Part shown: in pieces, positions 30,600 through 41,313 of the stretch
Layout of the letters: every line of letters begins with the position of its first letter
Numbering within the stretch: the first letter of the stretch is position 1
Source of the DNA: Arenicellales bacterium
Lineage (GTDB): Bacteria; Pseudomonadota; Gammaproteobacteria; Arenicellales; JAJDZL01
Assembly: GCA_964291225.2 (NCBI GenBank)
Contig: OZ219781.1
Location: forward strand, 3,250,656 to 3,314,655
Direction: 5' to 3'
Length of the DNA stretch: 64,000 bases
The notes under the pieces: model-generated
The model's database searches: none
Seen by the model: the letters and a program-made list of their open reading frames with translations, nothing else
What the model was told of the DNA's origin: nothing
Made by a program: the position numbers and the translations under genes

Positions 30600-33368
30600 G
30601 TGTTGCGCATTCAACTAGCCGAAAACCGGACATCCAACATAATTGACGTTGGTATTCAAGCATCGCTTGCTGATGTTACAGTTGTTACGGCAACTCAGCG
30701 TTTAAAGCATTTGATTGATGATGGTTTTAACCTGCATATGCGCGACAAGGGTCTGAAGACTTGGCCCACTCCTGAGACTTATACGTGGGATATTTGGCTT
30801 CGTAAACTATGGCGAGATATGGAAGATGTCTCCCCACAATCTTTAAATAGTTTGATTAGTAACAGGCAGTCTCAGCAGATTTGGGAACGAGTGATTGCTG
30901 GTGTCATCAAACAGGACTATAGCGAGGGTTATGAATATCTGCTTTGGCATATCACCGCAACCTCAAATCGAGTTCGAGAAGCGTATAACCTTCTCAAAGC
31001 ATACAAAATTGATACATCGGATTTCTCAGATTTGCTAAGTGAAGATTCAACGCATTTTCTACGCTGGTATCGAGAATACCAAAAAGTTTTGTCAAAAAAT
31101 GGTTGGATTGACGGTGAAATGTTGCCGGATCAGATCCAAGCATGTGCTAGCGAGGAATTTCTAACTGCTGGAACCAGTTTAATGTTTGCGGGGTTTGAGG
31201 ATCTCACACCGCAGCAACGAGATTTGATTGACTATTTGATCAAATATGGGTGGCAGGTCAATTACGCACAACCACCAGACCGTCCGCGTTGCAGTCAGAT
31301 CAGGCAATTTGAGTTTGAGTCAACAGATCAAGAAATAGACATTTGCGCGCGGTGGGCTCGAGCAGTTGTTGAGGCTGACCCGGAGAGGCATCATGTTGGG
31401 GTTGTTGTCTACAATCTGTCAGAACTGTATAGCCGTGTCAATCGTGTCTTCAGTAAATACTTGAATCCCAATGCAGTGCTTACGAACCGCCAGAGCAACA
31501 ATTTGTCCTACCATATTACTGTTGGACCGCCGTTAGAAGCGGCGCCTATCGTAGTAGATGCTCTAAACCTGTTGCAGCTGATTCGACCTGAGGTAGAAAT
31601 TTCAATATTATGTTCAATAATCAGATCAGATCGAATTCGACATTGGGACCAAGAACTGGCGGCACGTTCACAAATTGCAACGGACATTTGCGGCATTGGC
31701 AGCAGCACGGCATCCATTGACGATGTTCTCAAGCTTGTAAGGCAGAGCAGGCGAAGGGTATATCAGTGCCCTGTACTCATTGGAATTCTGAATTCCGCCA
31801 TAGAACTCAGAGACGCTATTCCGGAACGGGCAACCTATGCTTATTGGGGTGAGTTCTTTCTCAAATGGTTGAAAACTTTTCAATCTGAGACAAAATCAAA
31901 TCGAGATTTTGGAGTTGATGAATCCAAATCTTATCAGACTTTTGTTTCAGTTGTTGAAAGTTTATCTGAACTTGGTTATGTATCACAACCTGTTAGTGTG
32001 GAAAACGCGCTTGCAAAGTTGGCGCGTTGCATTGGCGATTTCAAGGTGCAGCCACGAGCAGTGCGCACGCCGATTCAGGTTGGTGAGGATATCGCGTTGT
32101 CCGGTCAATCTTATACTCATTTGTGGATGCTAGGCATGAGCAATGAAGTGGTTCCTGCGCTAGGACATCCAAATCCATTCATACCATTGACGGTGCAAAA
32201 GAAATACAACATACCCAACGCGCTACCTGAAATTTTGCAATTGCGTGCACATAATCGTATAGAACGTTTATTGCAAAGCACACATTATGCAGTTCAGAGC
32301 TACGCTCTTTCTGATGGCAGTACTTACGCGCTACCGTGTAGTTTGCTTAGAGACTGCGTTCGGTTCGAAATGACAGAGCTGCCACTAAGATTGGATTATG
32401 AAGATTACATCGCGCGTGTTTCACATGAAAATAAAAAAATCCAAAAACTGAGCGATTGGCATGCCTGTAGTGTTGGGGATGAAGAGCTAGGTAGCGTGCG
32501 AGGTGGGACTTCATTAGTTCGTAGTCAGTCTCAGTGTAGTTTTCGCGGGTTTGGTGAATTTCGCCTCCATCTGCAAGCCGGTGAATCGGTTCAGGTCGGT
32601 GTCACAGCACTTGAGCGAGGCAGTTTGGTACACGACACCCTTCAATTGCTATATGAGAAATACATCCGAGCAGATCAGTTGAGAACAGCAATTGCAAACG
32701 GAGAATTTCTTAGGGATGCTAAAAATTTTAGTCAGGTGACAATTAGGGAACTGAACTCGCAGCGCGTTCGCCCTTTGAGCGAGGATTTGATCGATATAGA
32801 GATTGGCATTGTTTGCAGTTTGATAGAAAAGTGGATGGAATTTGAGCCGCTTCTTAGCGGCGGTGAAGTATTTGGTTCAGAGAAGAGTATTGAGTATCAA
32901 TTGGCCGGGTTGAATCTTAGAATGAGGATAGATCGTGTTGACAAAATCTCGAAAGACAGAGATCTTCGAATTATAGATTTTAAGACTGGCAGTTGCAAAT
33001 TAGCTGATTTGATGGAAGAAAGACCTAGAGAGCCGCAGTTATTGCTCTACTCATGTGCGCTAATTGAGCAAGGCCATGAAGTGACTGATATTGCTTACGT
33101 TAGACTGAAGACTTCTGATTTTGGTTACTTAGCTTGGTCAGATATTGACTCTTGGCCTCGGCATCTACGTAAAGAACACGCTCCAATTACCGGGACAACA
33201 ACTGCCCAATGGAAACGATTACTTGAAGATATCGTGCAAAATTTTCTCAGTGGTAAAGCAAACTTGGATCCACTGATAAAAGCTTGTGATTACTGTGAAA
33301 TTGCTCCGGTGTGTCGTATTGTTGAGCACAATCAATTGAAAGGTATAGAAGCTAACGAAAATGAGTGA
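30600..33368 (+). CDS. AddB-like PD-(D/E)XK nuclease family DNA repair protein
   Basis: 922 aa. Has the C-terminal nuclease motif 'DRVD...RIIDFKTGS' and four Cys in an iron-staple-like arrangement ('QCSFRG' ... 'CDYCEIAPVC'). Its 3' end overlaps the helicase gene by 8 nt. Confidence 0.75.
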   Translation: MLRIQLAENRTSNIIDVGIQASLADVTVVTATQRLKHLIDDGFNLHMRDKGLKTWPTPETYTWDIWLRKLWRDMEDVSPQSLNSLISNRQSQQIWERVIAGVIKQDYSEGYEYLLWHITATSNRVREAYNLLKAYKIDTSDFSDLLSEDSTHFLRWYREYQKVLSKNGWIDGEMLPDQIQACASEEFLTAGTSLMFAGFEDLTPQQRDLIDYLIKYGWQVNYAQPPDRPRCSQIRQFEFESTDQEIDICARWARAVVEADPERHHVGVVVYNLSELYSRVNRVFSKYLNPNAVLTNRQSNNLSYHITVGPPLEAAPIVVDALNLLQLIRPEVEISILCSIIRSDRIRHWDQELAARSQIATDICGIGSSTASIDDVLKLVRQSRRRVYQCPVLIGILNSAIELRDAIPERATYAYWGEFFLKWLKTFQSETKSNRDFGVDESKSYQTFVSVVESLSELGYVSQPVSVENALAKLARCIGDFKVQPRAVRTPIQVGEDIALSGQSYTHLWMLGMSNEVVPALGHPNPFIPLTVQKKYNIPNALPEILQLRAHNRIERLLQSTHYAVQSYALSDGSTYALPCSLLRDCVRFEMTELPLRLDYEDYIARVSHENKKIQKLSDWHACSVGDEELGSVRGGTSLVRSQSQCSFRGFGEFRLHLQAGESVQVGVTALERGSLVHDTLQLLYEKYIRADQLRTAIANGEFLRDAKNFSQVTIRELNSQRVRPLSEDLIDIEIGIVCSLIEKWMEFEPLLSGGEVFGSEKSIEYQLAGLNLRMRIDRVDKISKDRDLRIIDFKTGSCKLADLMEERPREPQLLLYSCALIEQGHEVTDIAYVRLKTSDFGYLAWSDIDSWPRHLRKEHAPITGTTTAQWKRLLEDIVQNFLSGKANLDPLIKACDYCEIAPVCRIVEHNQLKGIEANENE

Positions 33369-36300
33369 GGTAAACGACAAATTGGCTCGCGAAGCAGCAC
33401 TTGATGTAACTCAGTCAGTAATCGTGCAAGCACCAGCTGGTTCAGGAAAAACAAGTTTGCTAGTGAGTCGTTATATTTGTTTGTTGGCGGAAGTAAACCA
33501 TCCTGAAGAAGTACTTGCCATCACATTTACACGCAAAGCCACAGCCGAAATGCGTGAGCGTGTGCTCATTGCTTTGAACCCTAATACCGAGTTACCATTC
33601 CATCAGGAAAGTGTTAATCAAGCATTGTTGAAAGTGCGTCAACGTTCAGTGGAATTGGGTTGGAATCTGAGTGAACAGCCGGCCCGTCTGCAGATTATGA
33701 CTATAGACGCCCTAGCAACAAGTCTGATAAGACGAATGCCATGGGCTTCGCGTTTTGGCTCCGTGCCGGGAATCACTGAAGACCAGGCACCGGTCTATGA
33801 AGCTGCGGCTGTCAGCACACTTGAATCTGCTGGCAGTGAATCAACCAGTAGTGAGTTTCGCCAAGCTGTAAAGCGTTTGCACCAACAACTTGACAATAAG
33901 AGCGAACGATTGCGCGGATTGATTGTTGAATTGTTGCAAAAAAGAGATCAATGGTTGAGAATCTTGGTGCAAATGCCATTCACAGACTCAGCTAAACAAG
34001 AGATGGAGGTTACCTGGCGAACCATTATTGAGTTGGAACTCAACAAAACAAGAGATTTGATTCCACGGCAATGGGTTGAGATACTCGGGTTAACTGAGAA
34101 AGATTCGACTGATATCGAAAATTTAAGTGTTTGGCTCAATCTTGCAGATGGAGTTTTAACTAAATCTGGTACATGGCGCAAATCAGTGTCTGACGGGCAG
34201 CTGGGTTTAAAAAAAGAACAAGTGAGAGAGTTAATAGCTGATCTTAGTGGCATATCCGGGCTTGAGAACCGCATTCACGAGATTCGCGATTTTCCAAATC
34301 CTATTTATGAACAAAAACAGTGGGAGGTTTTACAGGCAATTGGCGTGGTTTTACTGCGTGCTGTTGCTCAGCTGAGGCTTGAATTTCGGAAACGCGGTAG
34401 GGTTGACTTCATCGAGATAGCCCAGCAGGCTGTTTCTGCGCTGGGCGATGAAGACAAACCAACTGATCTTGCACTTATAGTTGACTATAGTTATCAGCAC
34501 ATTTTGGTTGACGAATTTCAAGACACTTCTGTTTCACAGTACGAGCTGCTCAAGGCCTTGACTTTCGGATGGAGGCCCAATGATGGTCGCACATTATTTT
34601 TGGTTGGGGATCCAATGCAATCAATCTATCGTTTTCGCGAAGCGGATGTAGGCATTTTCATTGCTGTCGCAGAAAAAGGCATTGGTAGTGTGAAGCCCAA
34701 ACCACTGCAGTTGACAGAGAATTTCCGCTCAAACAGAGCTTTAGTTCAATGGTTCAACAATATATTTTCGTTGTCATTCTCTCAAAAATCAGATGTCACC
34801 TCAGGAGGTGTTCAATACGCAAAAGCGAGTGCTACGCGGGATACGTCTCTCTCAAAACCAGTTAAATTCTGGTTGCAGTACAACAAAACTGAAATCGGAA
34901 AAAAAATATCAAGATCAGTGCTAGATGCAGTGCAGGCAGAACAACTTGCGGACGACTTGGAAGATTTTCTAGCTCGAAACCCAAGCTCAGACATAAAAAT
35001 AGGTGTGCTCGTTCAGGGGCGCCACCATGCAGATTCTGTAATTAGCCTTTTAAGACAACGCAGCATCAAATTTCACGATGAGAAGTTTACACCGCTAAAC
35101 CAGCGACCAGTTATTCATGATTTGCTGTCACTTACGCGAGCACTAGTTAATTTCGCAGATCGAATTTCATGGATGGCAATATTGCGTGCGCCATGGTGTG
35201 GATTAACGCTAGACGATATGCTGATAATTGCAAAGAATAAACATTCGATCATCTGGGATGTATTGAATGATGAGAGCGTTATTGAGAATTTAAGCCAAGA
35301 TGGCAAATTGCGAGTATTGAGAGTTCGCAATGTATTGCATGAGGTTTTCAAAGCCCGCGGCCAATCTGAGGTGCGATCTTGGATTGAAGACTGTTGGACG
35401 ATGCTGGGCGGGCCAGCTTGTGTGGTCAAGAGCGACTTAGCCAATGCTCAGTTGTTTTTGGATTTGATCGATGAGCATGCAGAAGGCATGAACATACAAA
35501 ATTTGGATCGGTTTGATGAGTATCTGAATGCGCTATATGCTACACCAGAGGCTAATATGGCGGATGCGCAGGTTCATATTTCAACAATTCACGGTGCCAA
35601 AGGGCTTGAATATGATGCTGTTTTCATCCCTTCATTTGATCGCTATATCGGAAAGCCAACTAATCCGCTCATGATTTGGTCTGAGTTCTTGCTTGATACT
35701 GGCGGAACAGCATTACTGCTATCCCCAATCAATCCTGTCGAACATAAAGACGGAGATCCAATGTATAAATTTCTAAAAACCTGGAATGACAACAAGAACC
35801 GACTAGAGAAAACCCGTCTTGCGTATGTGGCATGCACCCGCGCAAAAAGCGAGCTATATATTTATGCGGCCACCAGATACAAAGAAACCCAATTTTTAGA
35901 TACAGATGAATGTAGATTGGAAGCGCCAGACGGTAGATCGATGATGGGGAGGATTTGGGATGGTTTCATTGCGCATCAACTTGACGACTTACGGTTTTAT
36001 CAACCACCGCAACAGGCGGTTGCAGAATCTGTGATACCGAGTCCGGCAATTGATCTTGAAATTAGTAGGCTTCCAGCTGATTGGTTATGCCCTGGGCCGC
36101 CAGCTCCAGTTGAACTGCTTGCTCCAGAGTATGAATCACCTGGCGACCTAACAAAAATTGACTTTGACTGGGCTGGTAGAATCGCGTTATGGACTGGAGG
36201 TGTAATCCACAAATGGTTAGAGTATTTCGCTCATACTGGAATTAATGCATGGAACGCTGATAGACTTTCTAACGAACGACCAAAATGGAGAGAGTCCTTG

Positions 36301-36708
36301 CTCGCACTAGGCATGTCACGCAACGAATTTGAAATTGAGCAAGCGCTTGACCGTATTGAACTGGCACTTTTCAACGTGTTGAACGATCCAACCGGACGAT
36401 GGTTGTTTGATGACAGTCACAGTGATGCAAGCGCTGAGTTGCAGTTGACAGGATATCTGAATGGTCGGTTTGAGAATATTGTTATCGACCGTTCATTTGT
36501 TGATAAGAACGGAGTTCGTTGGATAGTTGACTATAAGAGTGGGCTCACGGAAGGTGAGGTAACTAATTTTCTCAATCAGGAGGTTAGCCGTTACCGAGAT
36601 CAGATGAAGAAGTATCGCGACATATTTGCTGGTTTAGATAGTTGCCCAATTCGTCTAGGACTTTACTTTCCGATGTTCCCGCAATGGCGTGAAGTTGTGG
36701 TCAATTAA
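33361..36708 (+). CDS. AddA-like UvrD/Rep-family helicase-nuclease
   Basis: 1115 aa. Walker A 'APAGSGKTS', motif II 'ILVDEFQDTS', 'TIHGAKGLE', and a C-terminal PD-(D/E)XK 'WIVDYKSG'. Confidence 0.8.
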   Translation: MSEVNDKLAREAALDVTQSVIVQAPAGSGKTSLLVSRYICLLAEVNHPEEVLAITFTRKATAEMRERVLIALNPNTELPFHQESVNQALLKVRQRSVELGWNLSEQPARLQIMTIDALATSLIRRMPWASRFGSVPGITEDQAPVYEAAAVSTLESAGSESTSSEFRQAVKRLHQQLDNKSERLRGLIVELLQKRDQWLRILVQMPFTDSAKQEMEVTWRTIIELELNKTRDLIPRQWVEILGLTEKDSTDIENLSVWLNLADGVLTKSGTWRKSVSDGQLGLKKEQVRELIADLSGISGLENRIHEIRDFPNPIYEQKQWEVLQAIGVVLLRAVAQLRLEFRKRGRVDFIEIAQQAVSALGDEDKPTDLALIVDYSYQHILVDEFQDTSVSQYELLKALTFGWRPNDGRTLFLVGDPMQSIYRFREADVGIFIAVAEKGIGSVKPKPLQLTENFRSNRALVQWFNNIFSLSFSQKSDVTSGGVQYAKASATRDTSLSKPVKFWLQYNKTEIGKKISRSVLDAVQAEQLADDLEDFLARNPSSDIKIGVLVQGRHHADSVISLLRQRSIKFHDEKFTPLNQRPVIHDLLSLTRALVNFADRISWMAILRAPWCGLTLDDMLIIAKNKHSIIWDVLNDESVIENLSQDGKLRVLRVRNVLHEVFKARGQSEVRSWIEDCWTMLGGPACVVKSDLANAQLFLDLIDEHAEGMNIQNLDRFDEYLNALYATPEANMADAQVHISTIHGAKGLEYDAVFIPSFDRYIGKPTNPLMIWSEFLLDTGGTALLLSPINPVEHKDGDPMYKFLKTWNDNKNRLEKTRLAYVACTRAKSELYIYAATRYKETQFLDTDECRLEAPDGRSMMGRIWDGFIAHQLDDLRFYQPPQQAVAESVIPSPAIDLEISRLPADWLCPGPPAPVELLAPEYESPGDLTKIDFDWAGRIALWTGGVIHKWLEYFAHTGINAWNADRLSNERPKWRESLLALGMSRNEFEIEQALDRIELALFNVLNDPTGRWLFDDSHSDASAELQLTGYLNGRFENIVIDRSFVDKNGVRWIVDYKSGLTEGEVTNFLNQEVSRYRDQMKKYRDIFAGLDSCPIRLGLYFPMFPQWREVVVN

Positions 36709-36878
36709 AACTCGTTTATATTTTTTGCTGTTGAATGGAATTTAATTTCTTCCCAAGGAAAGTAGATTGAACCTGAATATTTCCAAATGGTATCAAAAAT
36801 GGATTCAGAAAACACAAACGAATTCAAAGTCTTCTAAGTCATTTATAGTGTTGTTTGTTAGAAATTTATTAGCTAAGA

Positions 36879-37325
36879 TTGAGTCTGCAATATGTATTTA
36901 GGTGGGGCGAGAGCATAGCGCAGTTGCTGGCTGACAATGATTTTGAGCAGTTTGATGTTGAGTTGAAGGCGTTTTATTCAGGGTTTCCAAATGAGTGTTA
37001 CCTGCATGGCGAATTGGGTGCGTATCAGGGACATTATGTGAGTCTGCTGTATGCGTTTTTCTAGGCGGTGGGTTTGAGTATGAGAGTGGAGGAGTCGACC
37101 TCGCACGGTCGTTCGGACTTGGTGCTGCATGCTGGTCAGGTGTTCATATTGGAGTTCAAGATGGCGGTTGGCGGGGACATGGCGAAGGATGAGGCGATGG
37201 GTCAGATTCATGACCGGGGTTATGCGAACAAGTATCGGACGGGTCGTCAGAGGATTCACCTGCTGTCAATGGCGTGCCGTCGTGACGATCGCAATGTGGT
37301 AGAGGGTAGTATTGAAAGTGCCTAA
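36879..37325 (+). pseudogene. C-terminal remnant of an AAA-ATPase-like/PDDEXK_9 nuclease-domain gene
   Basis: Two same-frame ORFs are separated by an in-frame TAG at 37062-37064: '..GHYVSLLYAFF*AVGLSMRVEESTSHGRSDLVLHAGQVFILEFKMA..DEAMGQIHDRGYANKY'. The E-x-(S/T)-x-x-GR-x-DLVL...ExK pattern is the PDDEXK_9 core. The ~350-aa N-terminal ATPase part of such proteins is absent. GC appears visibly higher than in the AT-rich flanks. Confidence 0.6.
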
Positions 37326-37571
37326 ATTGAATGATTGTTAGTCGGCATACAAATTAAAATTAAAACTTGATTAGATATTTGTAAAAACCACCTATTCACT
37401 TCGCTTGCCGTATAATTCAAAACGATTAAATTAGATTAGACAATAATATGTGAATCTCAATTAGTGTTGGATTAGAGAATACGCCCAGCTAATCTCTAAG
37501 CGATTGTTTAGTCAGAGAATTACATTTCAGATTTGTTCTAGTTCAATTGACAGAATCTTATTACCATTTCA

Positions 37572-39011
37572 ATGATGATTACGACTTCCAAAGCACTCAA
37601 AATTGAATCATTGCCAAAGTTTGGCGCGCTGATGCTGTTTGTAGCAGCATTAGGTATAGCAATTCCAGTGTGGGCATCATCAGTCATGATGCTTGCAAAC
37701 GGAAACCAGGTGCCAACATTAGCCGATGTTGTAGACAAGGTCCAGCCCGGTATTGTGAACATATCAACTTTGGGTATGCGTGGCAACTTCAGGGGCAATC
37801 GACCATCTCGGCACTTTCGAGAGTATTTTGAAGATGATTTTTTCAAGCGATTTTTTCGTTTTGATGGCGATGACGAATACGATTTTGAAGGTGCTCCACC
37901 CCGCGAATTGAGCGAGGGATCAGGTGTGATCATCAACGCCAAGCGTGGTTATGTCCTGACCAACCATCATATACTAACAGGTGCTTCCAAGGTGATCGTG
38001 AAATTGCTGGATGGGCGTAAAACTGAAGCGGAAATACTCGGTACAGACCCAGGTATGGATGTGGCACTACTTCAAATTGACTTGGATAATTTAGTTGAGG
38101 TTGAGCTCGGTGACTCCAATGAGTTGCGAGTCGGTGATTTCGTACTTGCATTCGGCAACAATTTCGGTTTGTCATCAACTGTCACATCCGGGATTGTCAG
38201 CGCACTCGGACGTAGCAATTTGGGATTTGACAAATATGGTGAATTCATCCAAACTGATGCCGCCATCAACCGTGGCAGCTCTGGTGGAGCCTTAGTAAAT
38301 CTACGCGGTGAAGTCATTGGAATCAATACCGCGATTCTGACTCCTGATGGTGGCAATATTGGAATTGCATTTGCCATCCCCATTAACACAGCTGCCAGTG
38401 TTGTCAGCCAGCTGATTGAATTTGGTAAAGTTCAACGCGGTATTCTTGGTATTCATTTTCAAGAAATTTCCGAGGAGATTGCAAAGGCCTTTGATCTCAG
38501 AAATACTGAAGGAGTTCTAGTTACCCGCGTGCTTCCGAAGTCAGGCGCCGAACAAGTGGGGTTGCGCGAAGGTGATGTGCTAGTGGCTCTAAATGGCAAT
38601 AGGATTAGAGATGGTGCTCAGTTACGCACGAAAGTTGCGTTGATACGGACAGGTGAAACAGTTGAAGTTGAGTACATTCGGGAAAACAAATTTATGAGAG
38701 GAACCGGTGTTATCTCAGAGCCCGGAAGAGTTCAAATCAGCGGTCGGAACCTTATCCCGAAATTGGAAGGCGCAGAATTTCGAGAGGCCAACGCTTCTGA
38801 ATCACCGGCTGGAGGTATCGTTGTTGTCTCCGTTGAGCGCGCAAGTTCAGCTTGGTATGCTGGAATTCGGGCAGGTGATGTCATACTTGAGGTCAATCGA
38901 AAACCGGTTTCAAACATAGATACATTCAACAAAACAGTAAAGGAAAATAGTAATCTGCTAATGATGAAATTGATACGGGACGGACAGGCCCGGTATATGG
39001 TATTCAGCTAA
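37572..39011 (+). CDS. periplasmic serine endoprotease, DegP/DegQ/MucD family (trypsin domain plus 2 PDZ)
   Basis: 479 aa with a signal/anchor sequence. Catalytic 'TNHHIL', 'DVALLQ' and 'GSSGGALVN' are present. Two PDZ-like segments follow ('GILGIHFQEIS..' and 'GIVVVSVERASSAWYAGIRAGDVILEVN'). Confidence 0.9.
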   Translation: MMITTSKALKIESLPKFGALMLFVAALGIAIPVWASSVMMLANGNQVPTLADVVDKVQPGIVNISTLGMRGNFRGNRPSRHFREYFEDDFFKRFFRFDGDDEYDFEGAPPRELSEGSGVIINAKRGYVLTNHHILTGASKVIVKLLDGRKTEAEILGTDPGMDVALLQIDLDNLVEVELGDSNELRVGDFVLAFGNNFGLSSTVTSGIVSALGRSNLGFDKYGEFIQTDAAINRGSSGGALVNLRGEVIGINTAILTPDGGNIGIAFAIPINTAASVVSQLIEFGKVQRGILGIHFQEISEEIAKAFDLRNTEGVLVTRVLPKSGAEQVGLREGDVLVALNGNRIRDGAQLRTKVALIRTGETVEVEYIRENKFMRGTGVISEPGRVQISGRNLIPKLEGAEFREANASESPAGGIVVVSVERASSAWYAGIRAGDVILEVNRKPVSNIDTFNKTVKENSNLLMMKLIRDGQARYMVFS

Positions 39012-39014
39012 TAC

Positions 39015-39713
39015 TTGGGTCAGTTTGTGAGTTTCGTTATTGCACCATCAATACTGGCTGCTGATTTTGCCCGGCTTGGGCAAGAAGTTGATGAGGTTCT
39101 TGAAGCAGGGGCTGATTGGATCCATATCGACGTCATGGACAATCACTATGTCCCGAATTTGACTGTCGGACCGATGGTGTGCAAGGCTTTACGAGACTAC
39201 GGCATCAAGGCGCCGCTTGATGTGCACTTAATGGTCCGACCGGTTGACCGTATTATCGGTGAAATGATTGAAGCGGGCGCATCAAGCATTAGTTTTCATC
39301 CGGAAGCATCGGATCACATAGACCGATCCATCAATTTGATTCGAGAAGGTGGCTGTTTGCCAGGTCTAGTGCTAAATCCTGCAACCCCGACTACTTGTTT
39401 AGAAAACGTATTAGATCAAGTGGGGTTAGTGCTTTTGATGTCGGTGAATCCAGGATTTGGCGGGCAGAATTTTATTCCGTATGTATTGAACAAGATTCGT
39501 CATGTAAAAAGAATGGTAGATTCATTACCCAATCAGATTCGAATTCAAGTTGACGGTGGGATTTGTGTTGATAACATTGTGGATGTAGCTACTGCCGGTG
39601 CTAATACGTTTGTGGCAGGCACTGCGATTTTTGGCGCTGAGAATTATGCGAAGGCGATATCTGATTTGCGAAATCGTATTAGCTCTGACAAAGTGACACA
39701 GTCTTTTTGTTAG
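39015..39713 (+). CDS. rpe: ribulose-phosphate 3-epimerase
   Basis: 232 aa. Matches '[17 protein letters not shown]', '[14 protein letters not shown]', '[10 protein letters not shown]' and 'VDGG'. Confidence 0.93.
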   Translation: MGQFVSFVIAPSILAADFARLGQEVDEVLEAGADWIHIDVMDNHYVPNLTVGPMVCKALRDYGIKAPLDVHLMVRPVDRIIGEMIEAGASSISFHPEASDHIDRSINLIREGGCLPGLVLNPATPTTCLENVLDQVGLVLLMSVNPGFGGQNFIPYVLNKIRHVKRMVDSLPNQIRIQVDGGICVDNIVDVATAGANTFVAGTAIFGAENYAKAISDLRNRISSDKVTQSFC

Positions 39714-39832
39714 CCCAGTGGGTGTCGTCAGTCAAGCTGACAATCTCGATTTCAATTCATTCTAATTTCAAAAAGCGTCCGTTGATGAAAGTCACCCGAT
39801 GCCGGACGGTCCGACTTGCTTAGGTAAATATC

Positions 39833-41308
39833 ATGTTTGGTGAGACACAGTTCAAAGCGCTAAGTAAACAGGGATATTCTCATATTCCTGTGGCACAGGA
39901 AGTACTTGCCGATTTCGATACACCGCTCAGCACCTATTGCCGCTTGGCAAGGCAACCTTACACCTACCTATTCGAATCGGTTCAAGGTGGTGAGAAGTGG
40001 GGACGATTTTCAGTGATTGGCCTAGCTAGTTCAGTTCGATTGGAAATATGGGGTAATGAAGTGTTAGTTCTTAAGAATGATAAGATTGTTAATAAATGGC
40101 AAAGTGCGGATCCACTGTCTGATATCAAAAAATTCCATTCCCAGTTCAAAGTTCCTGAAGTAGATGGCTTACCTAAATTCACCGGTGGTCTAGTCGGTTT
40201 TTTTGGCTATGATACAGTGCGTTATGTCGAGCCCAATCTTGTTGCAGGCCGTAAGCCAAACGAGCTGAAAATACCGGACATTTGCCTGATGCAGTCTGAT
40301 GAGGTCGTTGTATTTGACAACCTTTCAGGCCGGCTTTTTATTGTAGTCTATGTAGATGTTGGTAGAGGTGGTAAATGGGATCAAGGCGTAGCACGATTGC
40401 AGACTCTATTGGAGAAACTGCGGGCGCCGTTCAAATCTAGACCAGCATTGACGTTGCAGAAACAAGCGAATGAATTTGAGTTTGAATCGACATTTGGACA
40501 ACAGGGTTTTGAGGACGCAGTGCGGGCAAGCCGTGAATACATCTTGGCTGGTGATATTTTTCAGGTGGTTGTCTCACAGTGCCTGAAAGCACCATTCAAA
40601 GGTGACCCAATAGACTTATATCGCGCACTTAGGACACTCAACCCATCACCATACATGTATTACTTGAATTTCAAGGATTACCATATCGTTGGTGCATCAC
40701 CTGAAATTTTGGTACGTTCAGAAGATGGAACGGTAACTGTGAGGCCTTTGGCTGGCACTCGGCCAAGAGGTGTTGACGACACGGAAGATTTGAAACTAGA
40801 GAAGGATTTGCTGACTGACGAGAAAGAGTTAGCTGAACATACCATGTTGGTCGACCTCGGCAGAAACGATGTTGGACGCGTGTCTGAGATCGGTTCAGTT
40901 GAAGTCAGTGAAATCATGCAAGTTGAGCGGTATTCCCATGTTATGCATATCGTATCGAATGTTACTGGCAAATTAAAAGAAGGGATGCACGCTGTTGATG
41001 TGTTGCGCGCAACTTTGCCTGCAGGCACTGTGAGCGGTGCGCCCAAGGTTCGGGCCATGGAAATCATAGATGAATTGGAACCACACAAGCGTGGAATCTA
41101 TGCTGGTGCAGTGGGTTATATTGGCTGGAATGGTAATCTTGATACTGCGATAGTGATCCGAACCGCGGTGCTAGTTAATGACAGCGTTTACGTTCAGGCT
41201 GGTGCCGGATTGGTTGCTGACTCAATTCCGACCACAGAGTGGCACGAAACCATGCACAAAGCTCGCGCATTATTGAGAGCGGTAGCAATGGCGGATCGTT
41301 CAGAATAA
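39833..41308 (+). CDS. trpE: anthranilate synthase component I
   Basis: 491 aa. Has 'LFESVQGGEKWGRFS' and a chorismate-binding C-terminal domain ('SPEILVR', 'RPLAGTRPRG', 'GAPKVRAMEII', 'GIYAGAVGY'). Confidence 0.93.
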   Translation: MFGETQFKALSKQGYSHIPVAQEVLADFDTPLSTYCRLARQPYTYLFESVQGGEKWGRFSVIGLASSVRLEIWGNEVLVLKNDKIVNKWQSADPLSDIKKFHSQFKVPEVDGLPKFTGGLVGFFGYDTVRYVEPNLVAGRKPNELKIPDICLMQSDEVVVFDNLSGRLFIVVYVDVGRGGKWDQGVARLQTLLEKLRAPFKSRPALTLQKQANEFEFESTFGQQGFEDAVRASREYILAGDIFQVVVSQCLKAPFKGDPIDLYRALRTLNPSPYMYYLNFKDYHIVGASPEILVRSEDGTVTVRPLAGTRPRGVDDTEDLKLEKDLLTDEKELAEHTMLVDLGRNDVGRVSEIGSVEVSEIMQVERYSHVMHIVSNVTGKLKEGMHAVDVLRATLPAGTVSGAPKVRAMEIIDELEPHKRGIYAGAVGYIGWNGNLDTAIVIRTAVLVNDSVYVQAGAGLVADSIPTTEWHETMHKARALLRAVAMADRSE

Positions 41309-41313
41309 GTCAG

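Noticed and set aside
37538-37942. A 134-aa minus-strand ORF across the degP-like start, plus similar antisense ORFs in hflC (45501-45953), trpE (40678-41088) and the amidase gene (52176-52607).
   Set aside because: Each lies opposite a strongly supported gene, and none has motif content.
41239-41313. The track start of the channel ORF at 41239, which overlaps trpE by 70 nt.
   Set aside because: The first 25 codons are just the alternative frame of the trpE 3' end. An in-frame ATG at 41314, 6 nt after the trpE stop, gives a normal BacNav N-terminus.
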